A DNA stretch of 64,000 bases, from assembly GCA_028534125.1 (NCBI GenBank), contig CM052817.1:34660001-34724000 (forward strand), given 5' to 3'. Position numbers and translations under genes: made by a program. Source of the DNA: Lama glama. Its lineage: Eukaryota. A model generated the notes under the pieces. That model searched no databases, was not told the DNA's origin, and saw only the letters and a list, made by a program, of their open reading frames with translations. This document shows positions 52,601 to 64,000 of this stretch, piece after piece (position 1 is the first letter of the stretch; each line of letters starts with the position of its first letter).

Positions 52601-55600
52601 GTACACTTTTATTTTTCCATATCAATTTTAGGTTAAATTTATGAAGTTTCTTTTTAAAATTGAGTGGAATTCTGATTGGGATTGCATTGACTTTTATGGG
52701 ATTTAATTGACTAATTTGGAGGAAAATTGGTATTTTTATTACATTAAATTAACTGTTCCATGCAAGAGCAAAGAATGTCTCTTCATATAATCACATCATC
52801 TTCTATTTTCTTTATTAAAATTCAATGTTTTTCTCCATAAAGCTATTGTATATTGTTGGTTAGGTTAATTCCTAAATTCTTACACCATGGCAACAAAAAC
52901 TGTAAGAATTTAGGAATTAACCTAACCAACAATATATAATAGCTTTATGGAGAAAAACATTATGATTGGAAAACATATAAAATAGATTCTTTCTAACTTA
53001 TGAAAACTTTCTTTGTCTTCTAAGACACAATCTATTTTTTTAATGCTCCAATTATACTCAAAATCAATATTCATACTATTTAGCGCAGGTTTTAAAAAAT
53101 ATTTCTAATAGCTCAAATTTATTAATTGTATTGTTAGGTCTTTGTTATATCTACCTGTGTGTTACTTGCTTTAACTATCAGTTTGGAGGGAGGTATATTA
53201 AAATCTCCATCTATAAATATTCATTTATCTATTTTTCCTTGAAGTTCTATCAATTGTTGAATAAATTTTGAAGTTGTTTTGTTAATATATATTAATGATG
53301 GTTGTATCTTTTTGCTCTGTAGTAATTTATCATCATATAAGACACCACTTTGCCTGATACAGTGGTTTGTTTATTTGAATTTCATTTTATCAGATATTAA
53401 GACTGCTACTCCAATTTTCTTGCAGATCATATTTGCTCGGTACATCATGTTCCATTCTTTTATGCTTACATTTTCTTGTTTTCTGTTTTAAGTGTGACTC
53501 TTACAGAGACTATATTGCTGGATCTTTTTAAAGAATTCAGTCTGGGAATCTATCTTTTAAGTAGTGTATTTTAACACATTCACATTTATTGTAATTACTC
53601 TATTATTAGGACTTATTTCTTCCATCTAACTTTACCATTTACTATATTTTTGTTTCCTTTTTATCTTTCCTTAAAAGTAATTATGAATATTATGATATCA
53701 GAATGTTAGTAAAATCAAAGTTGTCCCAAAGCTAAATTGTATTATTTCATTTTACCATGATAATTTCAAAGATAAAGTTTACACTAATTTGTGTAAGAAT
53801 AATTCTTTACCTCATTCCACAATCGTAGTTCTTGTTCAGGCTGTAATCCTTGAGGTAATATTGGAGCACCTAAAAATAAAGTTTTACTCACATGTTAATT
53901 TTACAGTATTTCTTCTAAAATTACATATTTACATACAACTCAATTTTGGATGATATTTCTCATTTTCACTGTTTTCACTGTTTTTTCTACCCTCTTATTT
54001 CCACTAGGCATTTCAGCATTTGACTTAGAATAAGGAGACATAATTACTAAATAAGCCTTATTAACATTACTCTCAAGAGTGAATTACTTCTATGTCTACA
54101 CAAAAACTTGTACATGAATGTGCAAAGCAGCATTATTCACAATAGCCCCAAAGTGGAAACAATCCAAATGTCCGTCATCTATAAACAGATAAACACACAA
54201 TTGGAAATTACTGGCCATAAAAAGGAATGAACTACTGATATATGCTGCAACAGAGATGAATCTCAGACATATCATGCTAAATCAAATAAGCTAGAAGCAA
54301 AAGATCAACTACTGTAGGAAGCTATTTACATGGAATGCCCAGAGAAAGCAAATCTATAGTGCTAGAAAGATTAGTGGTTGCTTGGGGCTGGGGGTAGGAG
54401 TGGGGATTAACTGCAAATGGACAAAACAGACCTTTTGGGGATAATGGAAAATTGTACTGTTGTGATAGCTGCACATTTCTTTCTTTTTTCTTTTTTTTTG
54501 GGTGGAAATGAATCAATATTGTATTTATTAAGGAGAAGTAAAAGTACAAAAAGGTTTGTACAACAGAGCATAAAAAAGTGATAAATCAATTCTACTTAAT
54601 TCAGAATGCTTGAAGAGTCACCTATGCTATTATGAATAAATAATGCAGGAGCAAAAATTTATTATAGACATATTTTTTTGGTTTGGATTTAGTGCTCACC
54701 CTGGTTTGACTTAAATCTTGTAAAGAATGGTATTCAACTAATTGAAATAACATTTTTTAAGTAAGACAATGCCTCTAGGGTATTCAGAATGTGATCCTGA
54801 AATAGAATTTGGATGATGAAGTATCAGGTAAAATTTATTTAAATGGTATGATGTTATAGCATGTTAACTCTGATGAGTGAGGATCTTTTTTTTTCTTCTG
54901 TTTTTTTCTTCCCAATTTTACAGAGATGTAACTGACATACAGCACTGTGTAAGTTTAAGGTTTATAGCATAATGATTTGACTTATATTGTGAAATGATAC
55001 ACAATAAATTTAATTAACATCTGTCATCTCATATCGATACAAAAAAAGAAAAAAAAAGTTTCTTTTCTTTGTGATGGGAACTCTCAGGATCTCCTGCCTT
55101 AACTTTCAAATACACCACACAGCAGTGTTCACCATAGTCATCACAGGCAAATGGCTGCCCAACTCTTTAAATCAACTTAAAAATCACTGAGTTGTATACT
55201 TAAAACAGATATAGTTTATAATACATGTATACATGTATGTATCATAAACTATATCTCAATAAAGATCTTTTTAAAAAGAATAACTTCTTAAGGCCTTAGT
55301 TATTGTTGAAATAAAACGTTAACTACTTAACATCCTCTAAAAACAACATTTTCTTCATCGGTTTAATTTTCTAATTCACGCTACATAAATTATAAATATT
55401 AAATGCAATTACTATTTATTTTCTTATATGTATACACTTGCGTTTACTAAAATCAAGAAAACATCCTTTAGAATAAGACTGTAAATAGGTCTAAGATTTC
55501 AAATGCAGTAAAATCAAATACTTAAAAAAACAGACTTAGAGAACCTTTTAAAAAATAAAGACAGCACCTGCTAACACTGATTGGTACCAGGCACTTCAAC

Positions 55601-58600
55601 CTTCATACCAGCCTTTTAAGATAGCTATTCTCCTTATTCCCACTTTAAGATGAGGAAACTAGTATTGGTACAAAAACAGACATACAGACCAATGGAACAG
55701 AATAGAGAGCCCAGAAATGAACCCACAAACTTTTGGTCAACTAATCTTCGACAAAGGAGGCAAGAATATACAATGGAATAAAGACAGTCCCTTCAGCAAA
55801 TGNNNNNNNNNNNNNNNNNNNNNNNNNNNNNNNNNNNNNNNNNNNNNNNNNNNNNNNNNNNNNNNNNNNNNNNNNNNNNNNNNNNNNNNNNNNNNNNNNN
55901 NNNNNNNNNNNNNNNNNNNNNNNNNNNNNNNNNNNNNNNNNNNNNNNNNNNNNNNNNNNNNNNNNNNNNNNNNNNNNNNNNNNNNNNNNNNNNNNNNNNN
56001 NNNNNNNNNNNNNNNNNNNNNNNNNNNNNNNNNNNNNNNNNNNNNNNNNNNNNNNNNNNNNNNNNNNNNNNNNNNNNNNNNNNNNNNNNNNNNNNNNNNN
56101 NNNNNNNNNNNNNNNNNNNNNNNNNNNNNNNNNNNNNNNNNNNNNNNNNNNNNNNNNNNNNNNNNNNNNNNNNNNNNNNNNNNNNNNNNNNNNNNNNNNN
56201 NNNNNNNNNNNNNNNNNNNNNNNNNNNNNNNNNNNNNNNNNNNNNNNNNNNNNNNNNNNNNNNNNNNNNNNNNNNNNNNNNNNNNNNNNNNNNNNNNNNN
56301 NNATACTATTCAGCCATAAAAACCGACAACATAATGCCATTTGCAGCAACATGGATGCTCCTGGAGAATGTCATTCTAAGTGAAGTAAGCCAGAAAGAGA
56401 AAGAAAAATACCATATGAGATCACTCATATGTGGGATCTAAAAAACAACAACAACAACAACAACAAACAAAGCATAAATATGGAACAGAAATAGACTCAT
56501 GGACATAGAATACAGACTTGTGGTTGCCAAGGGGGTGGGGGGTGGGAAGAGATAGACCGGGATTTCAAAATTGTAGAATAGATAAACAAGATTATACTCT
56601 AGAGCACAGGGAAATATATACAAGATCTTATGGTAGCTCACAGAGAAAGGAATGTGACAATGAATATATATATGTTCATGTATAATTGAAAAATTGTGCT
56701 CTACATTGGAATTTGACACAACATTGTAAAATGATTATAAATCAATAAAAAATGTTAAAAAAAGAAAAAAAAGATGAGGAAACTGAAGGAATGAAGGATT
56801 AAGTAATTTGTCTCAGGAAATACATACTTAGCAGAAGCTGACTACAAACCAGGTCTGGCTGAATCCAAATCCTGATGGATTTTTTTACCCTAATTCTACC
56901 ACTTTCAGTCAAGTCTTGCCTTGAGTTCTCACAAATTTGTACTATTATTTAATCTAAGCTCTAATAATATTAATAGTATTTAACTACATTTTCTGTACTC
57001 AGCCTTAGAAGTCACTACATGACTCCAGTAGAGAGTTGATTGATTGGAATCCTCTTACATGGGACTGCTATTCAAGGTGGACAAACGATCTTAAACACTT
57101 CTCAATTATATATTTCTCACCTTAGCACAGATGTATATCCCAAAGTTACTGTTGTCTGGTGGATATCACTCTGAGCTGATTTTGTTTTCAGGAAGGGATA
57201 AAGCTGTGCTTCTCAAATATTCATGCAAAACACCTGGTGATCTTCTAAATGAGATTCTGATTCAGTCAGCTGGGAACAGCCCCAAGAGTCTGCATTTCTA
57301 GCAAGCTCCCTGGTGCTATAGATACTGCTAGTCCATGGATAACACTGAATAGCCAGTGGAGTTAGCACTGCATTTTAGAAAGAAACGGAGGATACCTCGT
57401 ATTTGACAGAACTAGGTAGCTCAAACAAACATTTTAGGTCTAAGCTCTTTAACAAGTCTGAATATTTCCAAAACAGGGATACGACTGTTCTCATGAAAAA
57501 AATCTAAAAGGCCATAGGCCCAATCCTTACAACTTGGATGCACTACACATCTGCTGTTACTAAGAGTGAACTTCGAAAAATTAAAAAAAAAAAGAGGAAT
57601 GGAGGGAGAGAGCAGTATTTGATCTAAGAGAACCAAAGTTAACTATGATGCAAGGAAAAATACAAAGGATTCCACTTATTGCTTGTACTTCTGATTTCTC
57701 CATTCATCACAACATTGTTAATTTCTGTTTGACAGGGCACAGCTGTTTAAAGAACATAATTTCATATTTTTTTTCCTCCTGGTCATCTCCTACCTCCACA
57801 CTGCCTTGACAAGACCATTAAGAGTTTGCCTCCTTCCATGTCCCCAAGCTTGCATGGGCCACACCAAAATTGTCATCATGTCTAACTAGATCCAGATACT
57901 TATATAATCAAAAGGGGTACCTTGTGGCTTTTACACAAAACATGCAAACAATATCAGGGTAAAAAGCGTAGAGATGTCAAAAAATTTTAATGTTTATCTA
58001 TAATTTATAGAAAACCACTTATATCCTATGACCAAATCCAAAGGAAAAAATATCCCCCTTTCTCTATTTGTTATTTATAAAGTTGATGTGATTTTTTTCC
58101 TCTTATTATATTCTAGATGTGGGCTCTCTACCATCAAATAGGAGATGCTTTCCTAAATACTGTCAGAGACAACACCACTATCTTCTACATCACAAAGCTG
58201 CACTGCTTCTGATCAGTTTCAAGATATTTATACTTCATACTACGTAGTAAAATGCAATCTTTAGTCTTATACTGTGCAATTTAACTGATACAAATAATAT
58301 GGATAGAGAACGTGTGCTTCTGTAAATACACTATGTGTAAGAGAAAGAAAAACAGACGATTATTCTAAAAGTGCCAATTTCCTTTTCTCATTGCTAGTAC
58401 TCAACTAGCGTAGGATTTGGAAGTGAGAAATTGTCACTGCTGACTGAATTTTAAGAATTATTCCATGAACAGGGGCTTGAGTAGGAGAAGACACTTCTTA
58501 ATTTAGTCTTGGACATTTGATCACTTAATTGTCACAGGACACATCAAGTGACGGTTTGTTGCAGATATCCAAATGTGCCCCTCTTTTAGGAAATTTTCTT

Positions 58601-60795
58601 CTTTATTTTAATGTTCTCTGAATAGCAAACTGTTTCCAGCCACAGATTCGGTGGCTTTATCTTATTGCTAGTACATACTCTGCTAACTCATTTTTGCCAA
58701 AGATCTGTACTTATTGACACTATTTTATTTTCCTCTGGCTTTGTGGTATGTGCTTTATTGTTTTTCGATGCATCTATTTGCATCTTGCATAATGATTAAT
58801 CTTGGTAGATTATCTCCCAGCTTTGCTTATACATGTCATGCATACCCCCCAGTGCTATCTTTAGGGGCTCAGGACTAAAGCAGATCACCAGGGCAGATCA
58901 AAGGAGGGTAAATTCACCCTCTTTCCTCCTCATCACATTTTTAGAGAGATAAAATTAACTTTTTAGTATCAAGAGCAGGTCTGAAGGGGAAAGAAGGCAC
59001 AAAGGAGTAGTCTAGAGGGTCTCTGTGTAGGGTAAGAGTTATCTCCTCCCTTTGCTTGAGAAATAGTGGGGATATTTATGAGACGATTGGTAGGCCGGCG
59101 GACATGCTCTTTCAGAAAGAAAGCTCAAGACTTGCCTTTTTTAGACATTAGCTCTGGCTTTTCATAGTTTCTGCTCAATCACCAGCAGCCTGAAAGTCTC
59201 CCCCACCACCCAAAAAACCAGTTATCGTCCACTGATACAAAAATTACTGCAGGCATATAGCATGTAACATGCACAGAAAGTACATTTGCTTTACAGAAAA
59301 AGCCACTTTTAAAATTATAGTTATGTTTCCTTAATAAGGTAGATAATTATTACCATCATAATTTTACCAACAGCAGATTTAAAATTGAAACAGATTAACA
59401 TTACTTTGCATGTCATGTTGTATTACTGCTGGGTATGTGATGGAGAAGGTTTAGGTCTCCTAGCTTCTGAATGCTTAGATTTCAAAGCCAAATTACCTTG
59501 CCTTTCAAGCAGGAGAGGTCCCCCATCCCTACCTCCAAAGCCTTAAGCAAAGGGGCAAATCAAAACAGTGAGAAGACAGCAATAAAAACAAGTACATTAG
59601 GGAAAATATATCTTCAGTTTCCCCACATCTAATTGAGGGATGGTCTAAGTGCTCTGCCAGGTCCCTGCACTTATGGTTTCAAATCCCTAACTTCTGAACA
59701 GTCAGCCCACCATCATGTCACTGACAGTAGAGCCGAAGGAAGCTAAGAGAACCTGTTGCGAAGCTAGAAAATTCATGGTCTTAGTAGGGCAGTGGCTGGC
59801 CCTAGAGGGGCCCCTGGCTCAGGGCTGGGAGGCAAAGGGTGGTCCCCTGGAGATACCTGGAAAGGTAACCTTAAGAGAACTGGGAAGTGATCTCTCCACT
59901 GGAACACATTGTATCTGCTCTATCCTGAATCCCAGGCTTCAGAAACCCCTTTCCGTCCTTGATTTTGCTTTTCCCACATCTCTCCTCTAAGTCAGGTTCA
60001 GGAAGTCCCTACTGCTATCAAACTGCATCTGCCTTTAGTGGTTTTAGCTGTAGCAATGACTGAAAGCCTGGCTTGTACACTTGCTTCCTGGGCTCTGTAT
60101 GATAAGAAAGTCTCTACTCCTTTTCCTGATGTAATGCCTGAAAACCTATGAGCCACAGACCCTACACTTTCGCCATCAATACTGGAAAGCTACAACGGGG
60201 CCTGTTACTGCTCAGGATTATCTGAACAGAACCGGAGCTTACTCACCAAGGAAGCTGAGCCCTTTCCAAGCTCACCTGGCATCAGCAGGTGAGGTATCAA
60301 CCTCGCTCTAGTTTTGCTTCACCATCCAGTAATTGCAATCAAAGGAAAAACATTTTAATTTTCACTGTTTTAATTCCCGTTACCAATGGGCTACAAGAGC
60401 TGGACATCCCTAGTTGAGGGAGCTCTACAAGTTTCCACCAACTGAAGGCTGCCCAGCCTGGGGATTTCGGCCAGGCCCAGGTCCTTGCTCAAGCCGGGCT
60501 ACTGGGACCTGAGCCGCTGGCTGCCACGGGGTGGCGAACCGCGCCCCTGGTTAAGAGAGAGAACCTGGAGGGCCCCGCAGCTCCAGGGGGTGGCAAATAC
60601 CAGGAGCCAAGAGAAGAGATGAGAAAGGGAGGGCGGCGATCGCAGCAGGGAGAAGCGGCGCGGGACGCGACCGCGGCGCGGGTGCCCCGGGAGTCGCGAG
60701 GTGCGCTTACCTCGGCAGCGGCCCGCGCAACAGGCGAGCAGTAGGAGTAGCAGGAGCGGGGACGCAGCGGCCACCTGCCTTGCTGCTCGCGGCAT
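37574..60795 (-). CDS. NMU: Neuromedin U precursor, complete spliced CDS: join(60711-60795, 53811-53869, 48074-48121, 44380-44439, 42952-42981, 42807-42857, 41169-41243, 38200-38253, 37574-37609), 165 aa
   Basis: Manual assembly with GT-AG at every junction and a continuous frame (498 nt). Translation: [165 protein letters not shown]. It has a Leu-rich signal peptide, KR cleavage sites and the diagnostic FLFRPRN-G-RR amidation motif. Confidence 0.97.
38200..38253 (-). CDS. NMU: NMU exon 8 ([18 protein letters not shown])
   Basis: Acceptor ttcccttccag|, donor |gtatgc; 54 nt; contains the YFLFR core. Confidence 0.96.
41169..41243 (-). CDS. NMU: NMU exon 7 ([25 protein letters not shown])
   Basis: Acceptor ctctcag|, donor |gtatgt; 75 nt; inside ORF 41085-41291. 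Confidence 0.96.
42807..42857 (-). CDS. NMU: NMU exon 6 ([18 protein letters not shown]-terminal half of NURP)
   Basis: Acceptor poly-T aacag|, donor |gtaagt; 51 nt; separated from exon 5 by a 94-nt intron. Confidence 0.95.
42952..42981 (-). CDS. NMU: NMU exon 5 ([10 protein letters not shown])
   Basis: Acceptor ttttaacag|, donor |gtaaag; 30 nt; ends in a KR cleavage site. Confidence 0.93.
44380..44439 (-). CDS. NMU: NMU exon 4 ([20 protein letters not shown])
   Basis: Acceptor ttccattag|, donor |gtaagg; 60 nt; overlaps ORF 44221-44427. Confidence 0.95.
44694..44892 (+). mobile_element. tRNA-derived SINE (Vic-1-like) in NMU intron 3
   Basis: A-box tatagctcagtggtagag, B-box-like ggaatcaatccc, A-rich tail; TSD ggcttccactg (44683-44693) / ggctttcactg (44893-44903). 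Confidence 0.8.
48074..48121 (-). CDS. NMU: NMU exon 3 ([16 protein letters not shown])
   Basis: Acceptor tttctacag|, donor |gtaatt; 48 nt, phase 0-0. Confidence 0.94.
49222..49248. repeat. (CA)n microsatellite
   Basis: Direct reading. Confidence 0.9.
50360..50630. repeat. AT-rich low-complexity tract
   Basis: Almost exclusively A/T over about 270 bp. Confidence 0.85.
50870..53650 (-). mobile_element. Very old L1 fragments with a nested ERVL-type LTR (LTR33/LTR16-like, about 52020-52435)
   Basis: ORF 51762-52016 contains [15 protein letters not shown] (ORF2-like); LTR motif 'cagaaacagaccttgagataaggat'. Confidence 0.65.
52824..52961. repeat. Inverted repeat: 61-bp arms (60/61 complementary), 16-nt spacer
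   Basis: 52824-52884 is the reverse complement of 52901-52961 except for one position. Confidence 0.95.
53811..53869 (-). CDS. NMU: NMU exon 2 ([20 protein letters not shown])
   Basis: Acceptor tttttag|, donor |gtaaag; 59 nt; matches NMU propeptide. Confidence 0.95.
55661..56770 (+). mobile_element. Young 5'-truncated L1 (ORF2 C-terminal part plus 3' UTR and A-tail), inserted in a MIR, containing an assembly gap
   Basis: Perfect 14-bp TSD aagatgaggaaact (55647-55660 and 56771-56784); TTT/AAGA endonuclease-type site; ORF2-like peptides ([31 protein letters not shown]). Confidence 0.92.
55803..56302. other. Assembly gap (500 N)
   Basis: Run of N characters. Confidence 1.
57203..57355. mobile_element. 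MER5A-like hAT MITE
   Basis: 'gcttctcaaa...gattctgattcagtcag...ctgcatttctagcaagctccc' motifs; a similar decayed copy lies at about 10683-10860. Confidence 0.7.
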
Positions 60796-61450
60796 GTTGG
60801 CTCCTGCTGGCGGCTGGGGGCCCGGGACCCTGAGCTGCACCGACCCGCGCTCCACGCGATGCTGTAGCCGAGCCTCTGCGTTCCTGGCGCGCTGCTCGCC
60901 CGGCTCGGCGGCCAGACTGACCGCCCTGCGCGCTGCCAACTTTTAAATCTCGCGGACACGTGGGCTGAGGCGGCGAGGTCCCCACGCGCGTCACCTCGCC
61001 GCCCCCGGCCTCCCTCGCGTCACTCCCTACCCGCTGCCAGCCCCCGCCCCATCCCGCAGCGGGACCCGCGCCCCACGCAGAAGTTTCTGACTCAGGGTAC
61101 CACGCCTTTTCGGTCTCCCAGCCCTAGGGGCCCTGAGAGAGAGGGGAATGGAATTAAAACAATGCAAGTCCATTCTCTTCTTTGGAAGGATTTGGAGCTG
61201 GATGGGGATGGCAAACCAGGCGGCCTGAAGAGGCTGGGATCCCGGTTTTCAAACTTGGTGGTTGCGACACTCTGCCTCTGATGCCCCTTCTTCACCCTCC
61301 CGGGGAAGCCTTCTCTACCTCAACAGACTGTGCGGTGCCTCCTGTCCCACAGCTCCCGTAGCCACCTCTGTCCACGCACTTCTGTTCTGTTCCCTCTCCA
61401 ATACCCCAGCCCCTAGCCCAACGCCCGGGGCGTGTTAGAGCGAAACTGGT
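60480..61450 (-). promoter_or_regulatory. NMU CpG island/promoter: TATA-like ATTTAAAA (60941-60948), E-box CACGTG (60957-60962), two half-CRE TGACG (60989-60993, 61018-61022), GC box (about 61041-61050), AP-1 TGACTCA (61088-61094)
   Basis: Sharp GC/CpG enrichment around exon 1; motifs read directly from the sequence. Confidence 0.8.
60711..60795 (-). CDS. NMU: NMU coding exon 1 (signal peptide, [29 protein letters not shown])
   Basis: ATG in gccaacATGc context; poly-Leu hydrophobic core; donor GAG|GTAAGC at 60711/60710; 85 nt. Confidence 0.93.
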
Positions 61451-62184
61451 TCAGAGGTGGTGGTGTTCCCCAAATTCCTGCCAGGTCTGAGGCCTTTCCA
61501 GGAATGCAGCTGTCTGTTAAAGAAGGTCAGGAAGAAAGGACGGCTGGGGCTTGACCACACACGTTTCTAACAGTCCTAGAAGGTCTTTGGCTGCCCTGTG
61601 GATTTCCAAGTCAACTCCTTTTTCTATGCATTTCTCCTGCTGTCACTCCCTAGCTGATTGATGCATTCTGATTTCCAGGGTAACCTGTTTATCCCTCCCC
61701 AAACCTTCCTTCCTAAGTGGAAACATCCACCCCCCACCCCCCACCCCACCCCCGCCCCGGGCAGCCTCTTCCAGGACACTGGCTGATACCGGTTTAATTT
61801 CCATCTCCAGAAAGAAAGAAGATGAAACTTACCTGACCCCCTTTTGAAAGGAATGCTGAGGAAAGGTTAGGAAGGAAACACATTTACATTTCTTAAGGGA
61901 CATCTTTTTGTCAGGCACTCTCCCATGCGATCTCATGTAATATTCATGGCGTCTCTGGGATGTAAGTATTATGATTCTCTTTTGACCATGCTTAGAGATA
62001 ATAGGCAATCTGCCCAAAGATATCATCATGTGAGGGAACCACTGGCCATTCTACTCTGTGAAGGTGTTTCTTCTCTAAATTAGGGGCTTTAATGTACGAA
62101 ACATGAACTATGCAATCCACTGCAGTCAAGGCTTGTCCTCAAAGATACAACATTTAGTAATCTTCCTAAAGGAAATGACAATAT

Positions 62185-62613
62185 TTTTGAAGTATAGTTG
62201 ATTTATAATGTTGTGTTAGTTTCTAATGTACAGTAGAGTGATTCAGTTATACACATATATATTCTTTTTCATTATAGGTTATTACAAGATATTGAATATA
62301 GTTTTCTGTGTTATACAGTAGGATCTTGTTGTTCACCTATTTTACATATAGTAGTTTGTATCTGCTAATCCCAATCCTAATTTATCCTTCCCCCCTCTTT
62401 CCCCTTTGGTAACCATAAGTTTATTTTCTATGTCTGTGAGTCTCTGTTTTGTAAATAAGTTCATTTGTAACATTTTCTAGATTCCACATATAAGTGATAT
62501 CATATGATATTTGTCTTTCTCTGACTTATTTCACTTAGTATGATAATCTCTAGGTCCATCCATGTTGTTGCAAATGGCATTATTTCACTCTTTTTATGGC
62601 TGAGTAGTATTCC

Positions 62614-62659
<46 letters not shown>

Positions 62660-62880
62660 ACATCTTCTTTATCCATTCATCTGTTAATGGATATTTAGAA
62701 TACTTCCATGTCTTGGCTATTGTAAATAGTGCTGCTATGAACACTGGGGTGCATGTACCTTTTCCAATTAGTGTTTTCTCCGAATGCATGCCCAGGAATA
62801 GTATTGCTAGATCACAAATCTCTTTTTAGTTTTTTAAGGAATCTCCATACTGCTTTCCATAGTAGCACCAAATGCTGCAC
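62185..62880 (-). mobile_element. L1 3' fragment with internal (CA)n at about 62617-62660
   Basis: ORF 62580-62789 resembles the ORF2 C-terminus ([33 protein letters not shown]). Confidence 0.85.
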
Positions 62881-62902
62881 CAAATAACAAAAGGAAATTA
62901 CA

Positions 62903-63040
62903 GGGGAGAGTAAAGCTGAGCAGTGGAGTACATGCCTAGCATGCATGAGGTCCAGGGTTCAATCCCCAGTATCTCCATTAAATGAACAAACCTAATTATC
63001 TCCTCTCCACCACCACCAAAAAAAAAAAAAAAAAAAATAG
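62903..63040 (+). mobile_element. tRNA-derived SINE (Vic-1-like)
   Basis: B-box gggttcaatcccc, poly-A tail, perfect 11-bp TSD aggaaattaca (62892-62902, 63041-63051). Confidence 0.82.
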
Positions 63041-64000
63041 AGGAAATTACAATTTGGTAAAGGACCCCAAACCCAGACTCAAATAGCTGTATGACAAGGC
63101 CTATTGGGATAGTGCTCTATCAGAAATACAGAGAGGCAAGAAAATAACTCTGATAGGCAAAGTGAAAAAATAATGGCTATCACTTTTAAGTTCTTTATAT
63201 CCATGAAGCATGTGTGCAAGGCCAGATTATAGAGTCTGGTCCAGGTTCAAGAATGGATGAGAACAGATTTGATTCAAGAATTCTTGTACTTCGATTTATT
63301 CCCAAAGAAGTAAAAGAGTAATATAAAGGATGTAAATGACATAAGGATGTGGGCAGGTGGAGGGGGGTCTGGCTTCCCATTGCCCTCCTTGTGTCTCCTG
63401 GAGGCACACTGAAAGATCACTAGTCTCAGCTGCCTATGTCAGGTGAGACATCAGTGAAAACAGAGAAGCCTGGAAATAGTGGGCTCGATGCTTTTTATAC
63501 CCCCAGCAGGTCAAGAAAAGAAAAGAAATGATTCATGTATTACAAGTTTTTTCCTGCATAAACCAGGCTGCTCTGGATGTTCTTGTACATGGCCCTTGGT
63601 ACAAATGTGCGAGAGCTTTCTGAGTTATACCCCTAGCAGCAGAGTTATTAGGTCATAGGGGATAATCTAGTTAAACCCTAAATTGTTTTCCAATGTGTTG
63701 TTCCAATTTACACTCCACCAGCAGTGCGTGAAGTTTCCGTTGTTGTACATCCTTGCAAAAATCTTTGCCTGTCTGGTGGATGTGGCATCTCATTGTGGAT
63801 TTAATTTGCAATGTCCACTGCTAATAGGGCTGAGTATCTTTTCACAAATGTATTGGCATTATTGTTTTATCTTCAGTTCATTTGTTTCTTTTGCTCATTT
63901 TTCCCCATTAGGTTGTTAGTTTTCTTCTTACCCATTATAGAAATGCTTTACGTATCTGGAGCTTTTGTTGGTTAAATGTGTAGCCATTATTTCCTCCCTA

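Noticed and set aside
55717..56441. ORFs of 200 aa or more
   Set aside because: Artefacts of the N gap inside an L1
60796..60939. 48-codon in-frame N-terminal extension of NMU (ORF 60499-60939)
   Set aside because: It starts at TTG immediately after the TATA-like box, probably upstream of the TSS; GC-rich DNA lacks stops by chance; the ATG at 60795 has good context and precedes the signal peptide
1..64000. A novel multi-gene system, CRISPR array or prokaryote-type operon
   Set aside because: The window is explained by two known vertebrate genes and common mammalian repeats; no repeat-spacer array or unexplained long coding region was seen

Overview
Mammalian genomic DNA, most likely a camelid (judged from tRNA-derived Vic-1-like SINEs and the type of young L1 3' ends). 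It has one 500-N assembly gap at 55803-56302. Two spliced protein-coding genes lie on the minus strand, in the PDCL2-NMU order known from other mammals. (1) NMU (neuromedin U) is complete: 9 coding exons plus a 3'-UTR exon, a 498-nt CDS and a 165-aa precursor, from ATG at 60795 to TAA at 37574-37576. It encodes NURP and NMU-25 ([30 protein letters not shown]). (2) PDCL2 (phosducin-like 2) is partial: coding exons 1-4 (29249 down to 5806) are present, and the remaining exons lie beyond position 1. Both genes have CpG-rich promoters. The rest is intronic or intergenic and dominated by decayed transposons (L1, L2, MIR, MaLR/ERV LTRs, MER5A, a near full-length Tigger1, SINEs). Almost all ORFs in the supplied track are spurious or are transposon fragments. 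I found no convincing new biological system. The most interesting items are lineage-specific changes in the NMU precursor and its modular phase-0 exon design, a 61-bp near-perfect inverted repeat in NMU intron 2, a tailless U2 retrocopy with a target-site duplication, a triplicated insertion site, and candidate promoter motifs. Comparisons to human, pig and other orthologues and repeat family names are from memory and need database confirmation. Repeat boundaries without a stated TSD are approximate.
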